64,000 nucleotides of DNA from Raillietiella orientalis (GCA_036172245.1 JAYWIR010000012.1:1674001-1738000), one strand, 5' to 3'. Counted from the first letter of the stretch, positions 52,352 to 64,000 are shown. Translations and numbers: made by a program. Notes: a model not told the origin generated them from the sequence alone.

Positions 52352-55213
52352 GTAAGTAGCATCTCTTCTGCCGCCCGCCCCTTGGCCCCGACCCCTCCCG
52401 TTGGTGCGCTTTTCCCGGGAGCGTGGCGCGACCCTGGCGGAAAAGCGCCGTCCGAGGAGGAGCGGATCATTCCCTTCCTCCCATGGTGCTTCGCGCTTCC
52501 GGCAGGTGGACTCAAGAGGGGTGGAGTGATGGAGTGGTGTCCGATACGAAAGGGGGGGAGTCGAGCAGCCCGCGGCGAAAGTCCTAGCGGCCTTCCAGGC
52601 GATTCCCTTCCTCCCCGCGCGACCTCTTTCACCCCTTGCCTGCGGAAATGCCAGGCTCTCCGCGCCTGCCTGACGATCCCCTTTGGAAACACCCGTCGCT
52701 CCCTTCCTTAGAACTTCCCCCCGCTTGGGTCCCTCCCTCACTTCCACCCCTTTCCTGATTCGCTTGTTGCCTGCGCACGTGACCCACCGAATCCGCGTGC
52801 GAGGGGGAGGGGTGGCCAATGCGGATAGTGGACCAGATGGCCTTCCTATGCCTTCCGCGCGCCCGACAGCCCTAGGGCACGTCTCCGGGAGAGCGCTCCA
52901 GTGGCGCGCGAGAGATTTTGGTCCAGAGAGGGCTGGAAAAGAGGGCAGAAGTCCCTGCTTCACCCGGGCATGGAGGTTGGGCCTCCTGGTCTTTCCGCTG
53001 GCCCCAGGAGTTTCTCTGCTCAGACGGGTTCCGCATTCTTCCTGATCTCAAACCGAGATCCAGCGATCCCCTTTGCTGGGCGCCGCGCGAGAGATCTTCG
53101 CTCTCGCTACGCCTGCGGTAACAAAGGGGCACGGTTAACCCCTCCCCTAGTCCCTCAGGCCCTTGCGGGGGAACCCTTGGGATCTGGCCGATGGATGCGG
53201 GCCGCCGGGATCCACCCATTGCAGTCGCTGCTGCGGGCAGTGCAGTCACCGTAGACGAGATTCGTCTCCATGTTGGTGAAGTCAGTTGCAGGTGACTTCG
53301 ACGCATGCATCCCGCGTTGGGCCTTTCGCTCTCCCCCACCGCCTTGGCCGGTTCTCGCCCGGCAGCTTGGCAGTGACCTCGTGACCCCATCTGATCTCTC
53401 AGATCGCGAGTCTTCCTTTTACTTCGCAGCACCCCGGCTGCTGGCCGGTCTTCCTGAGGGAGACTCGTGCTCTCCCCTGATGCAGAAGCCACGAGTCACT
53501 TCCGGTCTCGAACCCTCTGGGAACAGTGGAGAGGTCCTGCCCTCTCAGCGAGAGGGCAAGACCTGGGAGTCGTTCCTCTTCTGACGGCCCTCACGGCGTC
53601 ACTCGACCCGAGGCCCTTGACTTCGGTGAGGTGATGTCGCGAGCTCTGACCACCTGAGCCGAGAGCTCGTCCGCTGGCCTTGGAGAGAACCATGTGTCCC
53701 GGGGACCCCCGGTGGCGGCCTGGACAAGCTCGTTTCAAACTCCGCTCGTATGCAAGGGGTCAACCCGCTACCTCCCTCTCCCCCCCTCCCTCCGCATGAT
53801 CTCCAGTTGTACTGCTCTGGCTGCCGGCTGGCTTCCTGCCGGGGGTTGCGAGAGAGTGCAGGCAGGGAGGAGGGGGGACGAAGAGGAAAGAGGTGGTCGT
53901 GGCCACCGGAGGTGGCTCCTACTACTCGGAACATCTTCACGGGGGGTCGCCGGCGCCTCTTCTTTCAACTAGGACCAACGCAAGGTCCATCCAGGAGGAA
54001 GTGGGGTCCTTTTCCTGCAGGATGAGACGTCAGACGCCGCGTCCGCTGCCACCTGCCCAAGAGACGTTCGCGAGGAACGAGGAGCCTGGCATCCGGAAAC
54101 GGGAGACCCTCGCTGAAGGAAGACTCCGGCCGTGGTCCACGCGCGAGACGATGGCCTTTCCCCGCCTCCGTGGGGATCTGCTCCAAGAGTCGGCTTTCTC
54201 CTTCTGCGGCTTTGCACGTCCCAGTCATGCCTGCTCCTCACACCCCGCTTCCCAATCCCTCTTTGTTCACCTCCGTCCTCGACCCCTCCAACGCGCATTC
54301 TTGGGTTGCTGGCGCCTTCTCCTCACCGGGGGGAAAGCGGGGAGCACCGTCCTGAAGACCTGCGAGAAGAAGCTGCTCCCTCGCTCCCTGTTATCGTGGA
54401 GTCCCCCCCCCCCCCCAACGGTTGGATCCACGAGGTGACATCGTCGCCTGCGGACACGTGGGCGTTCGCTTGGGATGACACAAACTTTTCGTTTCTTTTT
54501 GTTTCCGACGCCCATGCACCCCCGTGTTTGCTCAGGGATGCTCCGACGCGCTAGGGCGGCCTGCAGCTTTTGGAGGGTGATGCATCTCTAGAAGACCCAC
54601 GGCTGCGCCCTAGGAGAGATGCTTAACATCCGTTGGCGCCAATGGATGCCGCCGCCGCGCCCTCTCGAGTTGAACTCTCGAGGCTGCTCTCAACCTCCCC
54701 CTAAGGGACCCTCCTCTCCTGCTGAGCGCCAGGACCGCCGACGTGCGGGCTCCACTACCGTCCGCGAGAGGAAAGCGAATGTGACCTGGGTCGCGGCGCG
54801 CCGTCTGGTCAAGAAGAGCCTGGAGGCGATCGCGGGCTTGACCTCTTTCCGAGCACAACCCATCCTAACCGGAGGGACGGGTCGAATTCCTTGGCGGACC
54901 GCATCCGACCCGTCTCCTTCCCCGGAGAATCTCAGCCCCCGAAGCTCCGCCACTGTAACTCCTTGAGGCCTTTGGAAGATTCTTCTCCTGCTCCGTCCTC
55001 TCCGGCATGGACCGGCGAATCCCTGCGGAGGGGACTTCGGGAGCTTCACCCCTGCCGGTCCTTGCGCCTGCGCGCTTCCTTCCAGCAGCGCTTGCTCGAA
55101 AGTACTCCTCGATGTAGAGGGAGGGTAACGATGGAAGATCCACGGTTTTCCCTTCCCTCCTCCTCCTCTTGCTCCCCACACCACTCCTCTCTCTCTCCGT
55201 GCGTGCGTTTCAG

Positions 55214-55485
55214 CCCTCGGAGTTGCCGAAGATCCAGAGCAGCAGGGCGGCAACGAAAAGCGAGGAGACGGTGGCAAGGACAACGAAGTGGACCTCTACG
55301 CCATCTTCCCGCGCTCCAGTTCGCTGAGCATGCTGCCCTCGGGTGCCATGCCCGACACCTCGGACGACGCCTACGCGCTGATGACCTCCAGCAAGCGTTC
55401 GGGTCTCGTCATGACCAGCGGGTACGCCGCTTTCAGCGGCACCTGGCGCATCCAGAACAAGTGGGACAGTGAACCAATCTTTTGA
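55214..55485 (+). CDS. Kir channel terminal coding exon (…VDLYAIFPRSSSLSML…QNKWDSEPIF*)
   Basis: Long polypyrimidine tract plus TTTCAG| acceptor, phase 1 matching donor 52352, strongly GC3-biased codons. The joined CDS is 1500 nt. Confidence 0.8.
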
Positions 55486-55685
55486 GGCCCTCGAGACATT
55501 CAGCGAAGGAGGGAGGGTCAGAACAGGCTACCTTTCCACCCTACACTCTCCTCCCGAACACCTCCCACTTCTTCCCGCATCGCATCGCGTGCGGAGAATC
55601 GTGTCTTCCTGCTGGGCCATTGCGAAGCGTGGCGCCAGTAGGCGTTCCCATGGAGATTTCGTTCCCCCTTTTTTTTTTTGCACTA

Positions 55686-55691
55686 AATAAA
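55686..55691 (+). terminator. Candidate polyadenylation signal of the Kir gene
   Basis: AATAAA 200 nt after the stop codon, with GT/T-rich sequence downstream. Confidence 0.5.
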
Positions 55692-56059
55692 AATCGAGTC
55701 CAAAGGAGTGGTTGTTTTTGGGGGGAGACGGAACGCCCGGGGACCAGGGACGCCGTCTCGTTGCACCCCGCCGCCGCTGCTGCCACCACCCTCCTCTCCC
55801 ACGCCCTCCTTCTTGTGAGTCGTCACAGGCACGTAGATGAGTCCTCAGGACAGAGGACACCCTTGATCTTCGAAAGACTCTCGGAACCTGGATGAGGTTA
55901 CCCAGCATGGAGCCGAAGTCCGCCCAATGAAGCTTCTGGAAGTTCTTCAGCGGCCGATGTGAGTACCACACATCGGTGCTGAAGTTGCGCCACTGTCACT
56001 TCCGTTCCCATAACGTGCCTGGAAGGGAGAAAGGGATGCCCCTTTAGCCTTTCTGCATT

Positions 56060-56815
56060 CAGTCTTCGACACGGTTCCACGCCACCCGAGGGTGGGTAAT
56101 TCTTCAAGATAGGGCGTACCCCGGGAGGGGTCCGCCCTATGAATTCAGGAAGGACTCGGAGTCCGTTCCTCTCACGCTTGTGGAGGGATCCCGGAAATGG
56201 ACATCACCTCCATCCTGGTTGTCTCTGAAGGTGAATCCAGAAGAGAATGCTCCTTCCTTATTCTCTCCGGAGGACCCCAGTTGGGTCCACTCCATTCTTT
56301 CTTCTCTGAAGGGAGCCCGGAAAGGATCCGACCCTGGAATTTCTTCTCCGGAGGGATCTCCCTCAAGGGATCCGCTCCTGTTTTTACTCCTCTGAAGAGA
56401 AGCCAGAAAGGACGCTTCCGAAATTCAGAAGGACGCAGCTTCCCCGAAGGGATCGGTTCGCTTCTCTGCACTCTCTGGAGAGGTGGTGGCGACACAGCTA
56501 CTCCATCAGTATGACGGGGAGGGTCCCCCCGGAATGGGAGGTTCGCTCCTTCACAACCGGAGGGAAGCTCCCACTCCGTGATTCCTGGAAGAATACGGAA
56601 GTCGACTCCCATTTGTCCCGGCCGTCATCGGGGGCATCCGGTTTGAACCGCTACCAGTGTCGCACCCGGATGAATGTAGGACGACCAGCGTCATCTTGCG
56701 GGGTGAACTCGGATTCCACGACGCACTGAGTCGATTCCTTCGGAATATTCGAACCCACGACGCATGGTGCCACGCACAGGGACCACCGTAACCACACGGC
56801 CTCCGACCCGGGCAT
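56060..56815 (-). mobile_element. SINE-like element copy I
   Basis: Colinear with copy A (1-797) and inverted relative to copy H. Confidence 0.8.
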
Positions 56816-59158
56816 TCAGTCTTTGGGATGCACGAAGCCCCCACAACAGGCAGGCACACACGGTGAGAGCATTTCATGGTACCCCATGGCAACGGGTCGG
56901 AAGTGAGTCCCTCTACGGATTGGCCTCTTCGGGACGACGGTCCGCTGGACGCGCTCGTTGGGTGAGGACGAAGGCGCGCCACGGCCGCTGTGCGCATCGG
57001 AAGGTCTAGCTGCGGCACCATGACAGGGAGGGCACGGGGCGCTCAGACCCTCATTTTGTGGATGGGCAGCGGCAGAGTCGAGAACTGACCAAGGAGGCGG
57101 TCATTTGCAGCCCTCGTTGGCGCAAGACCGGTGTCCTTAGTCCGGGACGCCTGCATCATTGGCCCCTCGCTAGTATCCAACCAACAACCAACGCAAGAGA
57201 GGGACCAGTGCTTTATCATCTGCAAACACTGGCCCATATTTCTGACATCATTTAGGATATCCCGTTTTATCACTCCCGAGCTAATACGGAGCTTCTGCGA
57301 CTCTGTGAGTTGGGAAAGACAAAGAAAAGTCAATCCAATGAAATGCCCTTTCCAAGAGTGGCCAAGATGAAGTCCCATTCACTTTTTGAAAAAGGCCGAT
57401 TCTTCAGTCAGCACCACACGAGAGGATCCGATTGAAACTCGGTGATTTCCTGGCTGCTCGATTCCTCGGATCATTTCGAAATTCCCCAAAAATCCGTTCC
57501 TGAGAAATCCCGCTTCGACAGCACTTCAGCACGTCCCGCTTCGACTGTGGTCTGGTGTACACAAGGTCGTGCTTGTCTTATGACCTTGCTGAAACGGGGC
57601 CCAGAAAGTTCCGCGCTGCCGTAGTCCGGTCTGAGATTCCCGCGAGCTGGAACTGGGGGGTGCATCACCTAATTCTCTTTGCTTCTTCCCTTTCCGCGTA
57701 CTTTTCTTCAAAATTCTCACGCCCAGTAATATTCTTTACCTTAGGCTACTTCTAAGGAGCTGTAACGGTGAAGATCAACAATTGGTCTTCTGATGCGAAG
57801 AGAGGCATCCGCAGATGGTGCGGCGGTTGCTTGCACGAGTATCTTCTTGGTAAACTCGACACGTCTTGGTCTTTTCATTCATTTGGACACCGCGAGCGCC
57901 AGGCTGCACGCTGAATCACTCGTCGCAAATTGCAGAATAAGCAAAACCAATCACGCAAAACACTTCTGCTTGGCTCGTGTGTGAAATGCGTGTTGCCTAT
58001 CAGAAAATGGGAACCGTGAGTTACACGCACTTCAACTGAGAAGTGTGCCAGACCCAACAGACGCGGTGACGCGAAGCACACCGGTGGACGGGTGTGCCCT
58101 ACCCACGATGAAACACTGAACCCCGTACTAAGGCAAGGCGGCGATCCATTCATCTGAACGTGAAAGAAGCGCACTTCCGAGAGGGCAGAAGGTTTTTTTT
58201 TGGGGGGGGGAGGATGAATTTAAGTACGAAAGTGAGCAGCTTCGAGATGCTATCAAGCAGATGCAGCCTCCCGCCTCGTAGGAAAGCCATGAATACGGGA
58301 GTGCAGCTTTCGCCTCACTTTCGTTGATGCTGAGCTATCCGCCGAGTGCGGGTCTGCAACGCAAAATTTCACGCAATCGCTGGAGGATTCCAATCTTGGA
58401 AGTTTCGATTGCCACGCGCGTCTCCCGGGAAGCTTGACCTGTGACGCACGCGTGCACACTGGTGGAGGTTGGGGTCCTGCTTTTCACGAGTTCCCTGCAT
58501 GGACCTCAGCGATCGACGTGATGCAACTGGGAATTCGAACGCCTCTTCGTGAACGTGCCAAGTGACGTTCGAAAGGTGGAACGTAGGAACAGTGGAAGTC
58601 TCACTGCGACAGGAGTTTCGCCACAGGGAAAAATCGTACAGCGCTCTTATTGCAACCGAATGGAAACCTTAGAGTGCGAAGTGCTTATGAGTAAACGGAA
58701 TTTTGCACCGCACCATTTCGACATACGAAACCACTGCTGACGTTACGGGAGATCCACCACTTATCTGACACAAGTTGAAGCTGGATGTAGTTACGGATGA
58801 AAATGCTGTGCCGAAAACACCGAGAAACGAGAAATACTCGCGAAAACCTGACACCCTTTAACACACTTGTTTAGAGAAACTGTAAAGTATACTACGAATG
58901 AATGCTACGAATGTGATTTTAAAAAACTGATAATGGTTATCCATTCGAAATATACAAAGCCTGTTGGAATCAATCAGAAAGCATTTTACTATACACATAC
59001 TCCGCTTCTGATATGATCGGGATTTCAAAAATATTTTCTTATGGTTTCCAATATTGACTGCATGCGACCTCTGCAGGTCACTCAGTTTTCCTTCTTGACT
59101 AATTTGTTTCCATTAAACATAGTTCTCAACAAGTTCATAAATCTATTTAAATCAAATA

Positions 59159-59308
59159 CTAATTCAGGCGGCATTCTGAACACTGGAAGATTCCATTCTG
59201 TATGCCAACAATACGTGCACAGTGACGATGCACTGCCCGAAAGCAGGTAATACATGGTTGTAAGTCATCTGATTCACTGTGACAAACCATGCAACTCATT
59301 TTATCTTC
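59159..59308 (-). CDS. BAZ1B-like last exon encoding a third PHD-type finger (missed by the ORF track)
   Basis: After a 45-nt phase-0 intron the frame reads EDKMSCMVCHSESDDLQPCITCFRAVHRHCARIVGIQNGIFQCSECRLN* (C4HC3 pattern). Confidence 0.8.
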   Translation of the reverse strand, partial: EDKMSCMVCHSESDDLQPCITCFRAVHRHCARIVGIQNGIFQCSECRLN

Positions 59309-62300
59309 CTTACACAAAAAATTGGATGATATCTTGAATCAGGATGCACTTACAGGAGATCCACAATGTTCATTCACTTCCAAATTAGTTGATCGCTGTC
59401 TGAGACCATGGTCACAAACTCGACAAACCCAGTACCGACGTACACGAGAAGAATTTTCTTCTCCATTGCATTCTTGATGACACAACTTGCCACAAGAGGA
59501 GCATTTTAACAGTTCACCATCTTCACCACAATGATGGCACATCTCCGATTTGCCAATCAAATCTTTGAGAGTATCAGCACGCTGACATGATATACAATGC
59601 CAGGAAGTTTGGGGCAAGCTGGTTAACATGGGTCGTAAGCAACTTAGATGGTAACCTCTGTCACATATTTCACACACAACCATGGGAAAGCTGCCTTCTT
59701 TTCGATGGCACACCTGACACCTTTTGTTCTTAGGTGTTTGCTCCCATTTAATGGATACATCAAGCAAAGCTAGCAATAGCAACTGACGAGATGAAGTGCT
59801 AGCCATCTGCACTTCTGAACGCCATGTATTCAGCAATATGCTACCAGCTGTTGCCAGTGGCTCTTTCAAGTAGCGTGATGGAATAGATGCTTCACATCTG
59901 AGTAATAAATTGAGCATATCAGCGTTATCTGCTATCTAGCAATATAACAACAAATGGAAAAATCGTGAAGCACAGATCACTTACCTCACAAATCTCCTGA
60001 TTCATTTCCTGTAAACCTCCCAATTGTTTATTCAGAAGCTCCTCATTCAGATCCAGCAGTTCTTGAATAACACAACTTTTACCTCCATCGTTTGGGTTAG
60101 TAGCTAATGGTGCTACTCTTCCCTCACTAAATACTTGTAAGTCATTTTCATTGTCTCCGAATCTTTCTCACCTTGCTGGCAAATTGGTGTCCATTTTTAG
60201 AGAAGGCAAAACAGAGATGATTTTCTTCTTCAGAGCTGACTCTCGGATTCCTTGATCCAGTAAGCAAGAGACCAACTGATTCACTTCATCCTTTGTGGAG
60301 TACACAAACCACAAGTTCTGTCCTGGAGTTGGCAATGTGGTTCCTTGGTTTACATTCTCACAATCCGCCAAAGAATAGGAATACACTGGAGAAGATGCCC
60401 ATCCCTTTTCAACATATAAAGCTGTGCTGGAATGAAACAGCCAGTAACGATTGTGGAAGCGATCCATGCCGAGTGGCACGATACGCCGACACTTTTTCAT
60501 CTCTTGTGTGACTCCATCCAATTGCTTCTTGATTTTAATTTTCATCTGACGCCAGTGATCCTTGAGAAATCTATAAAGCAGTGAGAATTGTTAACCAACA
60601 TCATCCAACATACCTATCTTTCTTTTCTTCTTCATGTTTTTTTTTCAACTTCTTCAATTCTTTGATTTTTTGATGCCGATGGCGCACTGTAGACAGCAAT
60701 GAAGAGGGAACATCAGCACTGGGAAGACACTGATCAGCAGTGTCATCTGCAAACGCATTATGAAGTGCCCCGGAGTCAGAGAGCAGAAACTAAGGTCAGG
60801 CAAGTAGGATCAGGTCAAAAGGATATCAGATTACCACTCTGTTACAACAAATAAAACCACTCACCCTGAGGTTCTTTTGAAAACATATCCTTGATCTTCT
60901 GAGGTTCCTTGTTTTCAAGCTTACTCCAGTGTTCATGCCACTCTTGCCAGAGTGTATGTAATTTGTTTTTCTGCTCTTCCAGATAAGTGAGCACAGATGA
61001 AGAAGCCAGAACTTCATTGGCCAAAGCTGTCAATAGTTGCACTTTATGGGTGGGCTGTAAGTCTACCCAATCAACATCTTCAAGTTCAGCCAATACCTCA
61101 TAAGGCTGCTTTCCTTATTATACACTATTCTGCATCATTACTCACATAAAAATCACAAGGGCAGCCTAAGATATGCTCCACCTTGCGGGCACATAATGTC
61201 AAATAAATGCGGGCTATTTCTGGTGCAGTCAATACATGCAGAGGAATGCTGTGCAATCGCAACTTCATGTGGAAAAAATCCTGGAAAAAAAGCTATAAGC
61301 CATGTACTTCTTCAAGTGCGCTCACTTTGGAATTTGGATCTGCAAGAAGCACCCTCAATAAAGCAAGCAGTATTTCCGCAAGTAAGGGCCATCCCTCTGG
61401 TCCAGCACATACTGCACCCATCAAAATATCTGCAGTCACTCTCTCCTTTAAATTAATAACAGCCTTGTAGCAGTGTAACAATTCCACAATTATCATCACA
61501 TCACCAAAGTATTCATTGGGCAAGCCCTCGGGAGTGCTTACTAAGGATGGAAGTGGTAAAGGATTATTCCCAATTAAAATCGTGTCTTCCTGAAGCTAAG
61601 AAATGAAAAACTCGTACATGCAATGGCTTGAAATGACACTACCTTGGCTTGAACAGGAAGTTGCTGTTTTTGTTTTTGAGTACTATGCTTCCATTCATTT
61701 GAAGGAACCTGTTTCTGCTGTTTTTTCTTGGAAGCCCTCTCATGTTTAAGGAATTCCTTTCTTTCAACTTCTGTCATAGTTTGTAGTAACTGGCAGCGCA
61801 TTATTTTAGCCTTTTTGGCCTAGGAGACGAAAGTAATCGAAAATATTCGGATGTACGATCATTCCAGATTCACCTGAATAAGATCCTGCAATTCCGTGGG
61901 CAAATGCTGGAGCTGTCCATCAGTCATTACTTTAGCACACATGCGCACTAATTTAGTAATCTCTGGCGTAATGTTGTTCTCCTTATGTTTCAGCTGAAGA
62001 CGTCGGGCACATGCAGGCAAATGAATGTCTCCTAATTTTTTCGCAGAATGCTGCTTGCAGTCAGCATCTTGCAACCTAGGAGATGCTGACTGTTTCTCAC
62101 AGGTCGAATCACTTTCTTTGGTTTTTTTTTGAGATTTAGGCACTTTCACAATACTTTGTTTCCAAGTTGACTCCAACGTCCTTTGTTTCCCGTCTGGGTG
62201 TAACTTGGACTGCATCTTCTTTTCTGAAGATACTGCTTTGCAGACCTTAGTGGAAACTACTGATTTTTTGGCCTTCTTGGTGGTAGCATCTAATTTAAAT

Positions 62301-64000
62301 GGTTTCTTCTTTTCTAAATCACTTGGATTCTTTCGCTTTCGATTTTTCCCATTCCGACAATCTGTACTGTAGCTATGGTCAGCTATGTTGTTTTCCTCAA
62401 CATTTTCAGGCTGCAGCACACAGTAATTATGTTCATCCTTTGAAGGTGAGCTACGTTGGGCTGCATACTCTTTGCTCTGACCATGGGAGCTGTAATTATG
62501 GTCTTTCAGCCTAACAACGGGAAGACAGAAGTTTTCAAGACATCTGGCCATCTCTTCTATTGCTTCAGAACTCCCATTCAATTTCAACAAACTGTAACTG
62601 TGATCACTGGCCGTTTTACTGTTACAAGCACCTTTTGGCTTTTTGGAGGAACTATAACTATGGTCACCGGAATCATTTGGTTCCTTTCTCTGGAAACAAT
62701 TTAAGAAGCTCATGTACTCAAGAGTTTTGCATACCTTATCTGAAAGGGAAAATCTTTTGGCAATGTCTTGGTTTACAAGCCAACAACCCAAATCCTTTCT
62801 TTGAGTTGCAAACTCGGGAATCAAAGAATACAGTTCCGAAGTTGATGGGAGAACGTCTTTTCTTCTATTGCATGAAAATGGCATGAATAAAAAACACGTA
62901 TTTACTTGCAAATCTTTTTACCTAATTACATTTTCAAAATTAGTAGTATGATTATATAAAGTTTTACAAACAAAATTATGCAAAAAATGTTAGACATGCA
63001 TCTCATAAATTATGCAAACTAGATATACTGATATGTAATTAACTAGGTAAACAAAAATATACAGTATGGTAAAATAATTTCTGGAAAATTGAATGCATGA
63101 TTTCTATGATACCTAATTTCAGACAAGGGCACAAAATTTAACAATTTATTTTCTTCTGGAAGAAGAATGGAATAAGTATTTGGAGCTGCATTATTGCTGT
63201 TTTCTTTATTTCCTTCACCACAATCCACAATTTCACCACATATTCTACATATTGATATTTTGTACTCATATCTATTTAAAGCATACTTACCTTTTACCTG
63301 ATTTGTTGATAGGCAATTCTACTATTTCACCATTATAAAAGTGATTCTCTAGATGTGATGTAATTTTTTTTGTAAGAGCTTTTAAATTATCACGACCTAT
63401 AAGAAGAAAACGAACTTGAGTTATCTGCATTTCAAAAGGAACTATCCACAACAAAAAAAACCAGATGATGGGGAGAAAAAAAAAAAAACACACACACATA
63501 ACATGACAATAAATCTGCAAAATCTGAAAAGTGGAAAACTTGGTGACTGGCATATGAACACAGTGAGGCAATCACGATACGGCTTTACTGGCACGATTTC
63601 GAAATCTAAATGCACATTACAATAATAACTGGGTGCATTCTAAAGTCTCCTGATAGACGCAGACATTTGCAGGCACACGCAAAAGATCTCAAACCCGGAA
63701 TTTCAACTGTTCATCATGAAACGTTAACTCGTCTGCACAAAGGCAAAATCAAATGATATGAGCCACAAGAAAAACACTGAAGGCACCCTCCGATTCTTGC
63801 TACATTACTTAAAATGAGCTTCAACGAAAACGTATCACGACAATGCTACAAAGAACACGGTACTTGGTTTCAACATTTCAACTTTCCGTGCCACGGATGG
63901 CAAAGCATCATAGGAAACAATCTCTTACTATGATGAATGATTTCTAAAATCGGCCGTTTAAGTTCTTCGGATAGTGCGAGCCTCTGGAAATATTCCATTG
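59159..64000 (-). CDS. BAZ1B: BAZ1B/WSTF-like (BAZ1 family) ISWI-associated chromatin factor, multi-exon, 5' end beyond the window
   Basis: WAC C-terminal part (LKRPILEIIHHSRDNLKAL...FYNGE), DDT (STPEGLPNEYFGDVMIIVELLHCY, WSTF-like), WHIM1 (HKVQLLTALANEVL), WHIM2/3 (PLGMDRFHNRYWLF; LLDQGIRESALK) and PHD fingers. Phase-consistent GT-AG introns include 63397-63928, 63245-63290, 62865-63112, 62690-62734, 61820-61873, 61590-61642, 61281-61325, 60571-60613, 60127-60171, 59936-59984 and 59309-59353. Exon borders near 60.8 and 61.1 kb are uncertain. Confidence 0.85.
59354..59935 (-). CDS. BAZ1B-like exon encoding two PHD fingers
   Basis: CQVC...CEIC....H..C...W.CISC and CHHC...CSSC....H..C...WVCRVC. 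Confidence 0.9.

Overview
Eukaryotic, probably arthropod, genomic DNA in three zones. (1) About 1-33 kb is a graveyard of heavily decayed non-LTR retrotransposon ORF2 pieces (APE, RT, C-terminal Cys/His motif) with a probable hAT relic. It also holds a ~170-bp island that reads as an N-terminal piece of Wolbachia-type TsaB, a likely endosymbiont-to-nucleus transfer. (2) About 33.7-56 kb is GC/CpG-rich and contains a ~220-bp inverted repeat and a spliced inward-rectifier K+ channel gene on the + strand. I reconstruct join(46352..46385,46460..46607,51306..52351,55214..55485), 499 aa, plus a probable alternative first exon at 49791..49816. (3) About 58.9-64 kb is AT-rich and CpG-poor and holds a 5'-truncated, minus-strand BAZ1B/WSTF-like gene with 43-54-nt introns. 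Unusually, it has five [DE]HxY (HCF-1-binding-type) motifs and ends in three PHD-type fingers with no bromodomain. Nine copies of a ~0.8-kb tRNA-headed SINE-like element, carrying an internal array of ~40-bp UUCG-hairpin units, are scattered across the window. All protein-family calls come from motif recognition by eye; no searches were run.
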